Shown: positions 8,141 to 18,157, numbered from the stretch's first letter. The stretch is DNA of 64,000 nucleotides from an uncultured Actinomycetes bacterium (GCA_963825325.1 CAWGSU010000005.1:119736-183735), one strand, 5' to 3'. Numbers and translations are program-made. The notes: generated by a model from the letters alone, not told the origin.

Positions 8141-9208
8141 ATGAGGCGGCACCGGATCGCGGTGATCGGCGGCGACGGCGTCGGCCCGGAGGTGATCGAG
8201 CCGGGGCAGCGCGTGCTCGCCGCCGCCTGCGACGGGTGCGTGCTCGAGTGGACGCCGCTGCCGTGGGGCAGCGACCACTTCCACCGCACCGGCGCCCTGA
8301 TGCCGGCCGACGGCATGCGGGTGCTCGAGGAGCACGACGCGATCTACCTCGGCGCCGTCGGCTCGCCGGGCGTGCCCGATCACGTCACGCTCTGGGGCCT
8401 CTTGCTGCCGATCAGGCAGCGGTTCGACCTCTACCTGAACATCCGCCCGATTCGGCTCCTGCCGGGAGTGGCGACGCCGCTGCACGCCCGGTCGGCGGCC
8501 GACATCGACATGGTGTGCGTGCGCGAGAACACCGAGGGCGAGTACGCCGGCGCCGGCGGCCGCGTGCATGTCGGCATGGGCCACGAGGTCGGCCTCCAGG
8601 TCGACGTGTTCACGCGGCTCGGGGTCGAGCGGGTGGCGCGACACGCGTTCGCCCTCGCCCGCTCGCGGCGGGGCCGGCTCGCGAGCATCACGAAGTCGAA
8701 CGCAAGCCCGCACCACTTCGTCATGTGGGACGAGATCGTCGACCGCGTCCATGCCGAGTACGCCGACGTCGAGCTCGACCGCATTCTGGTCGACGCCGCC
8801 TGTGCCGCCATGGTCACCCAGCCGCAGCGCTTCGACGTCATGGTCGCGTCGAACCTGTTCGGCGACATCCTCACCGACCTCGGCGCCGCCATCCAGGGCG
8901 GGATGGGCCTCGCCGCGAGCGCGAACGTGTCGCCCGACGGCACCGGGCCGGGCCTCTTCGAGCCCGTGCACGGATCGGCGCCCGACATCGCCGGCCGCGG
9001 CGTGGCGAACCCCGTCGGCGCGGTCTGGGCGGGCGCGCTCATGCTCGACCACCTCGGCGAGGCCGCGGCGGCTGCGCGGGTCATGGGCGCGATCGAGGCG
9101 GTGCTTGGCGCGGGCGTCGTGCGCACGCCGGATCTCGGCGGCAGCGCCTCGACCGCGGAGGTCGGGGACGAGCTCGTGCGGGCCGTGCAAGCCCCCCCAA
9201 ACGGGTAG
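8141..9208 (+). CDS. Tartrate dehydrogenase / D-malate dehydrogenase-like (isocitrate/isopropylmalate dehydrogenase family)
   Basis: 'GGDGVGPEV', 'DHVTLWGLLLPIRQRFD', 'VRENTEGEY', 'SNLFGDILTDL', 'EPVHGSAPDIAG'. Confidence 0.88.
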   Translation: MRRHRIAVIGGDGVGPEVIEPGQRVLAAACDGCVLEWTPLPWGSDHFHRTGALMPADGMRVLEEHDAIYLGAVGSPGVPDHVTLWGLLLPIRQRFDLYLNIRPIRLLPGVATPLHARSAADIDMVCVRENTEGEYAGAGGRVHVGMGHEVGLQVDVFTRLGVERVARHAFALARSRRGRLASITKSNASPHHFVMWDEIVDRVHAEYADVELDRILVDAACAAMVTQPQRFDVMVASNLFGDILTDLGAAIQGGMGLAASANVSPDGTGPGLFEPVHGSAPDIAGRGVANPVGAVWAGALMLDHLGEAAAAARVMGAIEAVLGAGVVRTPDLGGSASTAEVGDELVRAVQAPPNG

Positions 9209-9233
9209 GCCGGCCGCGAGTAGCATCCGCCAC

Positions 9234-10442
9234 GTGGACCCGAGGGTTCGACTCGTGGGATGGACGACCGTGGTGGCGTGTGCGGCGGCAGCCGTCGTGG
9301 GCGCGGTGGCGGCGCTGGGGGCGTCCGCACCGGGCTTCGGGCAGTACGGCGGCGCGGCCGCGCACGCGGGGGTCGCGAACGCGGCGGCTGCGCCTGCCCG
9401 CAGCGCGGTTGCAGGCTTGCATGCCCTGTGGTCGGTGCCGGTCAGCCTCGGCTCCGACGGCTCCGGCCCCGAGCCGTCGCCGGTCGTCTCTGCCGGGACG
9501 GTCTACGCCGGCTCGCCCGGCGGCGTCGTCTACGCGCTCGCCGCGGCCACCGGCGCGCGCCGCTGGACGGCGGTGCTGCACGCGGGGGCGCCGCTCTCGA
9601 CGCCGGCCGTCACGGGCGGCGTCGTCTTCGTCGGTGTCGGCGCGCCTGTCGACGACCTGGTGGCGCTGTCGGCGGCCACGGGGCACGTCCTCTGGAGCAG
9701 CCATACGGACGCGTCCGGCTGGGTCGACGCACCGACGGTTGCGGGCGGCCGGGTGTTCGTCGCGACCGGATCGCCCGGCCAGGCGCAGCCCGGAGCCGAG
9801 TACGCGTTCACCACGGCCGGCACCGCGCTCTGGCATCACACGATCGCGGCCGCCGGCGGGGCGCTGTCGCCGGCCGTCGCCGGCGGCGTCGCCTACGCCG
9901 CCACCTCGGGCGACTTCGCGTCGGTGCCGCAGACGCAGCCGGGACGGCTGGTCGCGTTCGCCGCTGCCACGGGGGCGCTGCTCTGGTCGCGCACGCCGGC
10001 GGGCGGCGTGTTCCAGTCGCCGTCGGTCAGCGGCGGCCGGGTGTTCGTCGGCGGCGTCGGCGCGGTCACGGCGTACACAGCCGCCGGGGCGCACCTCTGG
10101 TCGCGCGCCTTCCCGGCGCAGGCCGGCGGGCTCTTCACGACGCCAACCGTCACCCGCGGCCGCGTCTTCATCGGCTTCCAGGAGGGCGACTGCTTCTGCG
10201 CGCTGGCGGCCGCGACCGGCCATGTCCTGTGGCGCGATCCCAGCGCCCAGGGCGATCAGTTCTCGCCGGCGACGGTCGCGGGCGGCGTCGTCTACGGCGT
10301 CGACGAGGACACGCTCGAGGCGCTCGGCGCGCGCACCGGCAAGGTGCTCTTCGCATCGGCGATCTCGACCGCGGGCCAGCCCGCAATCGCCGGCGGCATG
10401 ATCTTCACCGAAGGCGCCGCCGTCACGGCCTGGGGCCCATAG
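9234..10442 (+). CDS. Secreted PQQ-binding-like (BamB-like) beta-propeller protein
   Basis: N-terminal hydrophobic signal-like segment; repeated 'ALAAATG..LW' and 'SP.V.GG.V(Y/F)' blades; TAGCAT-N7-GTG supports the start. Confidence 0.75.
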   Translation: MDPRVRLVGWTTVVACAAAAVVGAVAALGASAPGFGQYGGAAAHAGVANAAAAPARSAVAGLHALWSVPVSLGSDGSGPEPSPVVSAGTVYAGSPGGVVYALAAATGARRWTAVLHAGAPLSTPAVTGGVVFVGVGAPVDDLVALSAATGHVLWSSHTDASGWVDAPTVAGGRVFVATGSPGQAQPGAEYAFTTAGTALWHHTIAAAGGALSPAVAGGVAYAATSGDFASVPQTQPGRLVAFAAATGALLWSRTPAGGVFQSPSVSGGRVFVGGVGAVTAYTAAGAHLWSRAFPAQAGGLFTTPTVTRGRVFIGFQEGDCFCALAAATGHVLWRDPSAQGDQFSPATVAGGVVYGVDEDTLEALGARTGKVLFASAISTAGQPAIAGGMIFTEGAAVTAWGP

Positions 10443-11193
10443 CCCGGAAGACTTCGGCTGCGGCGAGGTGGAAGCCGGCGGGCATTCCGGCCGCCGCGAA
10501 GGCCGCCGCGATCTCCTCCATCTCGCCGATCCAGCGCCAGCCCTTGGCCGCGGCCGACCGCGCGGCGCGCGCGTATTCGGCCTCGAGCTCGGGCAGCGAC
10601 AGCGCCCATTCCTGCACGAGCTGCGCTTCGACACCCTCCGCCCGCGCCACGGCGCGGGCGGCCAGCACGAGCGCGGCCGTGCCCTTCGTCCACGCTGCAT
10701 AGGTCATCTTCACCGCCGAGGCGTCCCCGGGCCGCTCCGAGACGACCCGCGGCTCGAGCGTCGATCCGGCGAACGCCTCGGCGACCGCCGGTGCCGCCGC
10801 GCCGGAGAGGTAGAGCCGGGTCGTCCCCGCCGTCCGCGGGGGCGGCCCGATGATGCCGCCGTCGACGAATGTGGCGGCGACGTCCGCGGCGAGCGCGCGC
10901 GCCGTTGCCGGAGAGACCGCGTTTGCGTCGACATAGATGCCCCCGAACCCGCGCACGGCGCCTGCGACCGCCGCGGCCGCGTGCGGCGGGCACACCGACA
11001 CGATCAGGTCACACGTCTGGGCGAGCGCGGCGATCGAGCCGGCGTCGCGCAGCCCCGCCGCCGCCGCCCGTGCCGCGGTCTCCGGGCTGCGGCCGGCGGA
11101 CGCCCAGGCAACGTCGCGCCCGCGGGCGCGCAGCGCCGCACCGACGGCGGCGCCCATCTCGCCCGGGTGCAGGATGCCGATCGCCGACGTCAT
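10423..11193 (-). CDS. NAD(P)-dependent oxidoreductase (6PGD/HIBADH-like N-terminus, DUF1932-like C-terminus)
   Basis: 'ILHPGEMGAAVG', 'FVDGGIIGPPP', 'SAVKMTYAAWTKG', 'KGWRWIGEMEEI'; TACGAT-N7-ATG(11193). Confidence 0.8.
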   Translation of the reverse strand: MTSAIGILHPGEMGAAVGAALRARGRDVAWASAGRSPETAARAAAAGLRDAGSIAALAQTCDLIVSVCPPHAAAAVAGAVRGFGGIYVDANAVSPATARALAADVAATFVDGGIIGPPPRTAGTTRLYLSGAAAPAVAEAFAGSTLEPRVVSERPGDASAVKMTYAAWTKGTAALVLAARAVARAEGVEAQLVQEWALSLPELEAEYARAARSAAAKGWRWIGEMEEIAAAFAAAGMPAGFHLAAAEVFRAMGPRP

Positions 11194-11258
11194 CGCCCCC
11201 ATCGTAGATCGCCCGCCGAGGGGTGAACGGGCGCCGGCCGGGGCCGATAACCGCGGTG

Positions 11259-12626
11259 ATGGCGGCACATCTTCGTCCTGCGTCCGAGCCGGCGCCGCAG
11301 ACCTTCGCGGTGGGCGAGGTCGTCGCCGCGCTCTCCCACGCGCTCGACCTGACCGAGGGCCAGCCGCCCGGGCACGCCCAGCGCAGCTGCCTGATCGCGC
11401 TGCGCCTGGCCGACGCGCTCACGCTCGTCACCGAGGAGCGTACGAGCCTCTACTACGCCATGCTGCTGAAGGACGCGGGCTGCTCGTCGTCGGCCGCGCG
11501 CATGGCCGAGATCTTCGCCGCCGACGACCTCGAGCTGAAGCGGATCGCCAAGCGCATCGACTGGGCGAGCCCGCGCCACGCCGTCGGGTTCGTCGCCCGC
11601 GAGGCGGGCCGGAACGACTCGAGCCTCGTGCGGGCGCGGCGGGTGCTGACCGCCCTGCGCGACATGGCGCGCGAGGGCAATCTGGCCGTCGAGACGCGCT
11701 GCGACCGCGGCGCGCGCATCGTCACGATGCTCGAGTTCCCCGCCGCCGCCGCCGACGCCGTCCGCTACCTCGACGAGCACTGGGACGGCCGCGGCCAGCC
11801 CTTTCGGCTGCGCGGCGACGCGATCCCGATCCTCGCCCGCATCGCCTGCCTGTCGCAGACGGCCGATGTGTTCATCGCCCAGGACGGCCTCGGGGCCGCG
11901 CGCGACATGGTGCGCGCGCGTCGCGGGCGCTGGTTCGACCCCGCGGTCGCAGACGCGTTCCTGGCGTTGCCCGACTCCGACCCCCTCTTCGCCGACCTCG
12001 CCGGCGAGCGGTTCGCCGCCGCACCCGCTGACGGCGGGCTCGTCGCGGCCGACGACGGCCGCATCGACCGCATCGCCGAGGCGTTCGCCTCGATGATCGA
12101 CGCCAAGAGCCCCTTCACCGCGAGCCATTCCGACCGCGTCGCCGAGTACGCCGTCGGCATCGGCCGCGAGCTCGGCTTCGGCGCCGCGCAGCTGCGCGAC
12201 CTGCGCCGCGCCGGGCTCCTGCACGACATCGGCAAGCTGGGCGTCTCCAACTCGATCCTCGACAAGCCGGGCCGCCTGACCGACGCCGAGTACGAGCTCG
12301 TGAAGCGCCACCCGCGCGACACCGAGGCGATCCTGCAGCACGTGCCGATCTTCTCCGGCCTCGCGGTCGCCGCCGGCGCCCACCACGAGCGCGTCGACGG
12401 GCGCGGCTACCACCGCGGCATCGCCGGCGAGGCGATCCCGGCCATCAGCCGGGTGCTCGCCTGTGCCGACGTCTACGACGCGCTCACCGCCAGGCGCCCT
12501 TATCGCGATCCCATGCCGTCCCCGGATGCGCTCGCACTCATGCGCGGCGATGTCGGGGCGGCGTTCTTCGCCGAGCCGTTCGCAGCCCTCTGCGCGCACG
12601 TCGCCGCGCTGCCGCTCGCGGCGTAG
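11259..12626 (+). CDS. Tandem HD-GYP domain protein (putative cyclic-dinucleotide phosphodiesterase)
   Basis: First domain degenerate ('LLKDAG', 'HWDGRGQP'); second domain 'HSDRV', 'LLHDIGK', 'HHERVDGRGYH'; GATAAC-N7-ATG. Confidence 0.85.
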   Translation: MAAHLRPASEPAPQTFAVGEVVAALSHALDLTEGQPPGHAQRSCLIALRLADALTLVTEERTSLYYAMLLKDAGCSSSAARMAEIFAADDLELKRIAKRIDWASPRHAVGFVAREAGRNDSSLVRARRVLTALRDMAREGNLAVETRCDRGARIVTMLEFPAAAADAVRYLDEHWDGRGQPFRLRGDAIPILARIACLSQTADVFIAQDGLGAARDMVRARRGRWFDPAVADAFLALPDSDPLFADLAGERFAAAPADGGLVAADDGRIDRIAEAFASMIDAKSPFTASHSDRVAEYAVGIGRELGFGAAQLRDLRRAGLLHDIGKLGVSNSILDKPGRLTDAEYELVKRHPRDTEAILQHVPIFSGLAVAAGAHHERVDGRGYHRGIAGEAIPAISRVLACADVYDALTARRPYRDPMPSPDALALMRGDVGAAFFAEPFAALCAHVAALPLAA

Positions 12627-12628
12627 AG

Positions 12629-14626
12629 CTACGCGGCTTCGGGCAGCGCCGCGGGCGGTTCCGCGTGTGCGGCCGCCGCCGCGGGCTCGGAGCCCTGCAG
12701 GCCGTGCGGCGTCTTCTCCCACATGAACGGGCGCCGGATCAGCTGCTCGAGCGCGCGCCAGGCCGCGATCGAGTGCAGCACCCAGTAGAGCGGCGCAAGC
12801 ACGGCGAAGGGCAGCAGGTGGAACATGCGCCGGCGCAGGACGGCGAGCGCGTTCAGCCCGATCATGCTCAGGTTGCCGACGACGAGGCTGAGCTCGGCAA
12901 GGGTGTCGAACGGGTGCGGGAAGAGGTGTGAGATCGCGGTGCCCGGCACGACGCCGAGCAGCCACACCGCCGTCAGCAGCCACAGGATCGGCGTCGCCAG
13001 GAACGTGGCCGGGGTGCCGGCGATCAGGAGCACGAAGCCGGCCAGTCCGCGCAGGCCCGCCTCGCGCGTGAACCGCACCGGCCGGCGCGAGTGCACGATC
13101 GCCGTCTGCATGTAGCCCTTGATCCAGCGGGTGCGCTGGCGCACGAAGGGCCGCAGCTGCGAGCAGGCCTCCTCGTAGGTGGTCGAGGCGATGATGCCGA
13201 CCGTGTAGCCCTCGGCGGCCGCGCGCAGGCCGAGGTCCGCGTCCTCGGTGACGTTGAACGCGTCCCACCCGCCCAGGCTGCGCAGGCGATCGGCGCGGAA
13301 GTGATTGGACGTCCCGCCGAGCGGGATCGGCAGCGACAACCGGTCGAGCCCAGGCAGCATGTAGTCGAACCAGTACGAGTACTCGAGCGTGAACATGCGC
13401 GTGAGCACGTTCTGGCGGGCGTTGAAGTAGTTGAGCCGCGCCTGCACGCACACGAGGTCGTCCGCGCCGTGGCGGAACGCCGCCACGGCGTCGCGCAGCT
13501 GGCCGGCCTCGGGGCGGTCCTCGGCGTCGTAGATCACCACGTACTCGCCGCGGGCGAAGAAAAGGCCCACGTTGCACGCCCGCGGCTTCGTTTTCGGCTG
13601 GCCGTCGGGGATGAGGATGAAGCGCACGGTGTCGGGCGGGCCGGCCGCGCGCGCGGCTGCGATCGTCTCGGTGTCGTCCTCCTCCATCAAGAGCAGGATC
13701 TCGAGCTTCTCCTGCGGGTAGTCCAGCCGGCGCAGGTGCTCGATCAGCCCGCCGACGACGTTCGCCTCGTGGTAGACGGGCACGAGCACGGTGTAGAGCG
13801 GCAGATCGCGGTCGGCCACGCGCTCGGGCGCGGCGCGGCGCGCGCGGCGGCGGGTGGAGCGGATGCCGGCGAGCGACGCCACGAGCTTGAAGAGGACGCC
13901 CGCGACGAACACCGTCTGGAGGATGACGACGGCCGCGATCATGAGGCCGCCCGGAGCGAGCACCGCGGCCGAAACCAGGCCGGCGACCGACAGGCCGAGC
14001 GCGACCCGCTGCCCGCGCGAGAGGCCGCCCTTCGCCGAGCGGGCGGGGTCGCGGTCGGAGAGGCCGTAGGCCGCCTCGTGCCGCAGCTCCTGCACGAATC
14101 GGGCCCGGATCGCGGTCAGCACGTCCCAGTCGGTGGTGGCCGAGAAGGTGATCGCGCCGACGTCTTCGCCCAGCTCGGGCGGGCACGCGGCCATGACGCG
14201 GCGGCGCAGGTCGGCGGTCGGCGGCTCCGACGTGGCCACGTGCAGGGTGCCTTCGTGAAGCGCGACGGGGATCCAGCCCTCGATCGCCATCTGCTCCGGG
14301 TCGAAGCGCCCGGCGACGGCGGGGTCAGGGGGCGCATTCACCAGGTCGACGAAGCCGCAGCCCCAGATCTCGGCCAGCACCCCGTAGAGCGCCTGACGGG
14401 GGACGAGGCCGGCGGCGAGCAGCACGCGTCCGAGCCGCTCGCCGGTGCGGCGATGCGCCTCGAGCGCCCATTCGAGCTGCTCGGCCGCGAGCAGCCCGCG
14501 GTCGACGAGGGCGGTGCCGAGCTGCTCGCGCAGCGGAATGACCGTGCCACCCGCGCGCGCATGCATGGGCACGTACCCGTCGGTGGGGCGGCGCGGCGCT
14601 CTTTGTGTGCTTCCGGAACGATCCAT
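12629..14626 (-). CDS. Processive GT2 glycosyltransferase with N-terminal MshEN/GSPII_N domain (start uncertain)
   Basis: Tandem MshEN-like motif 'QLGTALVDRGLL...LEWALEAH' + 'RLGRVLLAAGLV'; 'YDAED', 'TEDADLG', 'QRTRW'; TM helices. True start may be 14565 or further downstream. Confidence 0.85.
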   Translation of the reverse strand: MDRSGSTQRAPRRPTDGYVPMHARAGGTVIPLREQLGTALVDRGLLAAEQLEWALEAHRRTGERLGRVLLAAGLVPRQALYGVLAEIWGCGFVDLVNAPPDPAVAGRFDPEQMAIEGWIPVALHEGTLHVATSEPPTADLRRRVMAACPPELGEDVGAITFSATTDWDVLTAIRARFVQELRHEAAYGLSDRDPARSAKGGLSRGQRVALGLSVAGLVSAAVLAPGGLMIAAVVILQTVFVAGVLFKLVASLAGIRSTRRRARRAAPERVADRDLPLYTVLVPVYHEANVVGGLIEHLRRLDYPQEKLEILLLMEEDDTETIAAARAAGPPDTVRFILIPDGQPKTKPRACNVGLFFARGEYVVIYDAEDRPEAGQLRDAVAAFRHGADDLVCVQARLNYFNARQNVLTRMFTLEYSYWFDYMLPGLDRLSLPIPLGGTSNHFRADRLRSLGGWDAFNVTEDADLGLRAAAEGYTVGIIASTTYEEACSQLRPFVRQRTRWIKGYMQTAIVHSRRPVRFTREAGLRGLAGFVLLIAGTPATFLATPILWLLTAVWLLGVVPGTAISHLFPHPFDTLAELSLVVGNLSMIGLNALAVLRRRMFHLLPFAVLAPLYWVLHSIAAWRALEQLIRRPFMWEKTPHGLQGSEPAAAAAHAEPPAALPEAA

Positions 14627-14699
14627 GGGTTTGCACCGGTTGCTGTACGCAACAACCGATACCCTGGAGATCGGCGGAGACGCCGCGGAGTGAAGGCCG

Positions 14700-15749
14700 C
14701 TAGGTGGCGGGCGCCTGCCGTGGCAGCGCGGCGCGCACCGCGGGCGCGACCGCGCCGCCGTAGAGCTCGATCGCGCGCATGACGTCGCGGTGGGGCATCG
14801 TGCCGACGCTCATCTGGGCGAGGACGCGGTCGTGGCCGAAGATCTCGTGCTGCGCGAGGATCTTCTCGATCACCTCCTGCGGGCTGCCGACGATCAGGGC
14901 GCCGTCGGGCGCGCGCATCGCGTCGAACTGCTCACGGGTCATCGCCGGCCAGCCGCGCTCGCGCCCGATGCGGGTCATCATGTTGGCGTAGCCGGGGAAG
15001 TACTCCGCCGCCGCCCGCTGCGACGTCTCGGCGACGTAGGCATGCGAGTTGATGCCCACGGGCAGCCCGGCCGGGTCATGGCCCGCCAGGCGCGCCGACT
15101 CGCGGTAGAGGTCGACCAGCGGCCCGAACCGCGCCGGGGCGCCGCCGATGATCGCAACCGCAAGCGGCAGGCCGAGCGTGCCTGCGCGGACGACGGACTG
15201 GGGCGTCCCGCCCACGGCGATCCAGACCGGCAGGGGGTCCTGCACGGGGCGCGGGTAGACGCCGAGGTCGGTGATGGGCGGCCGGTGCCGACCGGACCAC
15301 GTCACGCGCTCGGAGGCGCGCAGGGCGAGCAGGAGGTCGAGCTTCTCCGCGAACAGCTCGTCGTAGTCCTCCAGGTCGTAGCCGAAGAGCGGGAACGACT
15401 CGATGAACGACCCCCGGCCCGCCATGATCTCGACCCGTCCGCCCGTGAGCAGGTCGAGGGTCGCAAACTGCTGGAACACCCGCACCGGGTCGTCGGAGCT
15501 GAGCACGCTGACCGCGCTCGTGAGCCGGATGCGCGTGGTGCGCTCGCCCGCGGCCGCAAGCGCGACCGCGGGAGCCGACACGGCGAAGTCGGCCCGGTGG
15601 TGCTCGCCGACGCCGAAGACGTCGAGCCCGGCCTGCTCGGCCAGGTCGACCTCCTCCATCAGCTCGCGCAGCCGCTGCCCGGCCGAGATGGTGCGTCCGG
15701 TGGCGGGGTCGGGCGCGAGCTCGGCGAACGTGTAGACGCCCATCTGCAT
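14700..15749 (-). CDS. LLM-class flavin-dependent oxidoreductase
   Basis: '[10 protein letters not shown]', '[10 protein letters not shown]', '[17 protein letters not shown]', 'GRGSFIES'. Confidence 0.9.
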   Translation of the reverse strand: MQMGVYTFAELAPDPATGRTISAGQRLRELMEEVDLAEQAGLDVFGVGEHHRADFAVSAPAVALAAAGERTTRIRLTSAVSVLSSDDPVRVFQQFATLDLLTGGRVEIMAGRGSFIESFPLFGYDLEDYDELFAEKLDLLLALRASERVTWSGRHRPPITDLGVYPRPVQDPLPVWIAVGGTPQSVVRAGTLGLPLAVAIIGGAPARFGPLVDLYRESARLAGHDPAGLPVGINSHAYVAETSQRAAAEYFPGYANMMTRIGRERGWPAMTREQFDAMRAPDGALIVGSPQEVIEKILAQHEIFGHDRVLAQMSVGTMPHRDVMRAIELYGGAVAPAVRAALPRQAPAT

Positions 15750-15813
15750 CCGTCGGCCGACCGTAGCACTCGCCGGGCGCGGGGCGGCGCGGAGAAATAC
15801 TTGCATCCGGCCG

Positions 15814-15842
15814 TTGACGCACTCCCCCGTACAGGGGATAAC
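15814..15842 (+). promoter_or_regulatory. Sigma70-type promoter, probably leaderless
   Basis: TTGACG-N17-GATAAC-N6-ATG(15849). Confidence 0.45.
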
Positions 15843-15848
15843 CGAAGT

Positions 15849-16364
15849 ATGAGAACGCATCACATATCCGTATTCGGCGTCGCGACCATGGTCGCGATCC
15901 TGATCGCCACCGGCCTCGTCACGCGCCTGGCCGAGGTCGCGCTCGTCTCGGCGGTGCGCCTGACGAGCGTAGGCGGGGGCGGTCTGCTCACGCCCGCGAA
16001 CCTGGTGGGAGCCGATCACCGCCACGTCACGTATGCGCTCGTGCGCCTGCTGCTGCCGGGGCTGCTCGTCCAGGCGTTGCTCGTGAAGATCGTCGTGTCG
16101 TCGTATCGCGGCCTGCACATCACCTACCTCGCCACGGTGGCCGTGCTCGCGCTGTTCGACATCGGCGCGCTGGCGCTCGCGACCGTCGTCGCGCACACGT
16201 TCGCGACCACCGCGTCGCTGCATGCGCTGACGACGCTCTCGCCGGCGGCGATCTACGTGTCGGTGGCCATCTCGGCCGCGACGCTGATCGGCGAGGCCTT
16301 CGTGCTGCAGGGCCTCGTGGAGATGCCGGTCGGGCGCTATCCCGCACTCGCCAGCCGGGCCTGA
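15849..16364 (+). CDS. Hypothetical multi-pass membrane protein
   Basis: 171 aa with about four hydrophobic segments; promoter-like element upstream; no family recognised. Confidence 0.6.
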   Translation: MRTHHISVFGVATMVAILIATGLVTRLAEVALVSAVRLTSVGGGGLLTPANLVGADHRHVTYALVRLLLPGLLVQALLVKIVVSSYRGLHITYLATVAVLALFDIGALALATVVAHTFATTASLHALTTLSPAAIYVSVAISAATLIGEAFVLQGLVEMPVGRYPALASRA

Positions 16365-16388
16365 GGGCCCGGCCGGCGCGGCGGCGGG

Positions 16389-16715
16389 TCAGCCGCGGCG
16401 GATGATGTAGCGCGCTGTCGACACGTACAGCGTGCCGTCCTCGTCGACCCGCATCGGGTCGGGGCGGCCGCTGCCGCCGATCGTGCCGTCGGGCAGGATC
16501 AGCTCGTGGACGACGGCACGCTCGCGCCCCTCCTGGTCGTAGTAGGCCACCCTGCGGCTGACGGCGTCGGTGGGATGTGCGGACGACGTCGACGGGCGCC
16601 CGCGCACCAGCTCGCGCTCGGAGAGCTCGCCGGTGCGGGTGCGCTCCCAGTAGCGCCCGCGCTCGAAGATCGCGCGCAGGTCGTCTGGGCTAACGTAGGC
16701 CTTGCGAAGGGGCAT
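16389..16715 (-). CDS. Hypothetical protein (108 aa, 'VHE...PDGTIGGSGRPDP' motif)
   Basis: Non-shadow amino-acid composition with a motif-like C-terminal half; function unknown. Confidence 0.65.
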   Translation of the reverse strand: MPLRKAYVSPDDLRAIFERGRYWERTRTGELSERELVRGRPSTSSAHPTDAVSRRVAYYDQEGRERAVVHELILPDGTIGGSGRPDPMRVDEDGTLYVSTARYIIRRG

Positions 16716-16726
16716 GGGAGAGAGTG

Positions 16727-16957
16727 ATGGAGCGCGAACTCAGCGAGATCCTCGGGTACTACCTCGATCGCGAGTACGACCTGGACGCGTTGCAGGGCGC
16801 GCTCGCGGAGCTGACATGGAGCAATTTAGAAGCACCGCGGGCCGCGCACAGGATCGAGTTTCTGATCGGCGAGGCGATCGCCGGCCGCCTGTGGCTCGAC
16901 GACCTGCGCTCCGAGCTCGACCAGGTGCGCCGATCGCTCCTGCTCGCGCTCGCCTAG
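16727..16957 (+). CDS. Small acidic helical hypothetical protein (76 aa)
   Basis: GGGAG RBS 6 nt before ATG 16727; Leu/Glu/Asp-rich. Confidence 0.55.
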   Translation: MERELSEILGYYLDREYDLDALQGALAELTWSNLEAPRAAHRIEFLIGEAIAGRLWLDDLRSELDQVRRSLLLALA

Positions 16958-16966
16958 AGGCGCGGC

Positions 16967-18157
16967 TCAGAACGTCTCCGCACCGGTGGGCTCGATGTGC
17001 GCCTGCCCGTCCATGCGCTGGCGCAGCCGGCTGAGCTCGCGGTAGATCGTGCGGCGGGCGCGGTTCTGGTTTCCGAGCGGGCGGTGCTCGGGGAGGCTGT
17101 GCCACGGGTTGTAGGCCAGGTTGCCCGCGAACGCGAGCTGCGCTGCCGAGTCGAACCGCTGCGGCGGCAGCACGAGTTCCGCGACAGCGACCGGCGTCGA
17201 CTCGGACTCGCTCCAGCGCACCGCGGCGTTCTCGATCGGCATCCGCCACGGGTCGCCCTGGAGCTGGATCAGGAAGTCGAAGCGCAACTCGCGCTGCGCG
17301 AGCGTCGCCGCCATCGCGTCGCGCAGGTAGTTCGGCCCGGGTGGCCTGGGGATCGGTGTGCGCGCGTCCGACGCCGGCCGCACGAGGTAGTGCATCGCCT
17401 GCTCCGGTCCAAGCAGGTAGGCGACGCAGCTCCAGTAGGTCACCTCGAGCGGGCTCGTGTTCAGGCGCGCGTACAGGCCCTGCATGAGCCCGTCGAGCAG
17501 ATGGGAGTCCAGCGGGTTTATGAAGTACCAGACCGGCGTTCCGGCGAGCAGTTGCCGCTGCAGCTTCGCGTTCTCGGTCACGTTCGGCGTCGTGAAGGTC
17601 GGCGCGCTGATGCCAGTGAAATCCTGGGTGAAGCGTTCGTCGTCCATGAGCTTTTCGCCCTCGACGCCCATGAGCTTGATCCCGATGCTCAGGACGCCGT
17701 TGTCCCGCGGGTCGGGCGGCGCGAGCGGCCCCGGCCCGGCGAAGCGCACCCAGGCCGGATACGTGCGCCCTGGCTGGAACACGCCGTGGCGATACCGCGG
17801 CGCGAGGTCTTCGCGGACACGCAGCTCGCCGCGCACGACGCCGTAGGTCTTGGTGTTGCCGGCCCGCAGGGCGCCGCCGTGGGGATACTGCCGGTGCAGG
17901 AACGCCGACATGGCCGCGACGATCGCGGCCGTGGCCGCCTCCTCGCCCGGGACGGCCCGCTCCTCGGCGGGCTCGAGGCCCTCCGGATCCGAGCGCAGGA
18001 GGCCGATCAGCGCCTGGGTGGCGGCCGCGAGCGGCTCCTGCGCCACGCGGTCAAAGCCGTCGCGGAAGTACGGATCGAGGCGCCGCTCGGCGTTTGCGAG
18101 CGCGACCAGCACGTCGCAGAACGCGCGCTTGCATCTGAGCGGGTCGAGCGGCCCCAC
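16967..18157 (-). CDS. Catalase-related heme protein
   Basis: 'RAGNTKTYGVVRG', 'YPAWVRFA', 'SIGIKLMGV', 'LRFDFLIQ', 'YNPWHSLPEHRPLG', proximal 'RARRTIY'. Confidence 0.8.
   Translation of the reverse strand: MGPLDPLRCKRAFCDVLVALANAERRLDPYFRDGFDRVAQEPLAAATQALIGLLRSDPEGLEPAEERAVPGEEAATAAIVAAMSAFLHRQYPHGGALRAGNTKTYGVVRGELRVREDLAPRYRHGVFQPGRTYPAWVRFAGPGPLAPPDPRDNGVLSIGIKLMGVEGEKLMDDERFTQDFTGISAPTFTTPNVTENAKLQRQLLAGTPVWYFINPLDSHLLDGLMQGLYARLNTSPLEVTYWSCVAYLLGPEQAMHYLVRPASDARTPIPRPPGPNYLRDAMAATLAQRELRFDFLIQLQGDPWRMPIENAAVRWSESESTPVAVAELVLPPQRFDSAAQLAFAGNLAYNPWHSLPEHRPLGNQNRARRTIYRELSRLRQRMDGQAHIEPTGAETF

Noticed and set aside
14590-14660. Possible c-di-GMP-I (GEMM) riboswitch upstream of the MshEN-GT2 gene (GCAAACC...CAAAG on the - strand)
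   Set aside because: No GNRA-capped P2 stem, no GGGACGC-like 3' side and no recognisable P3; resemblance is limited to two short words. An Infernal search with RF01051 would settle it.
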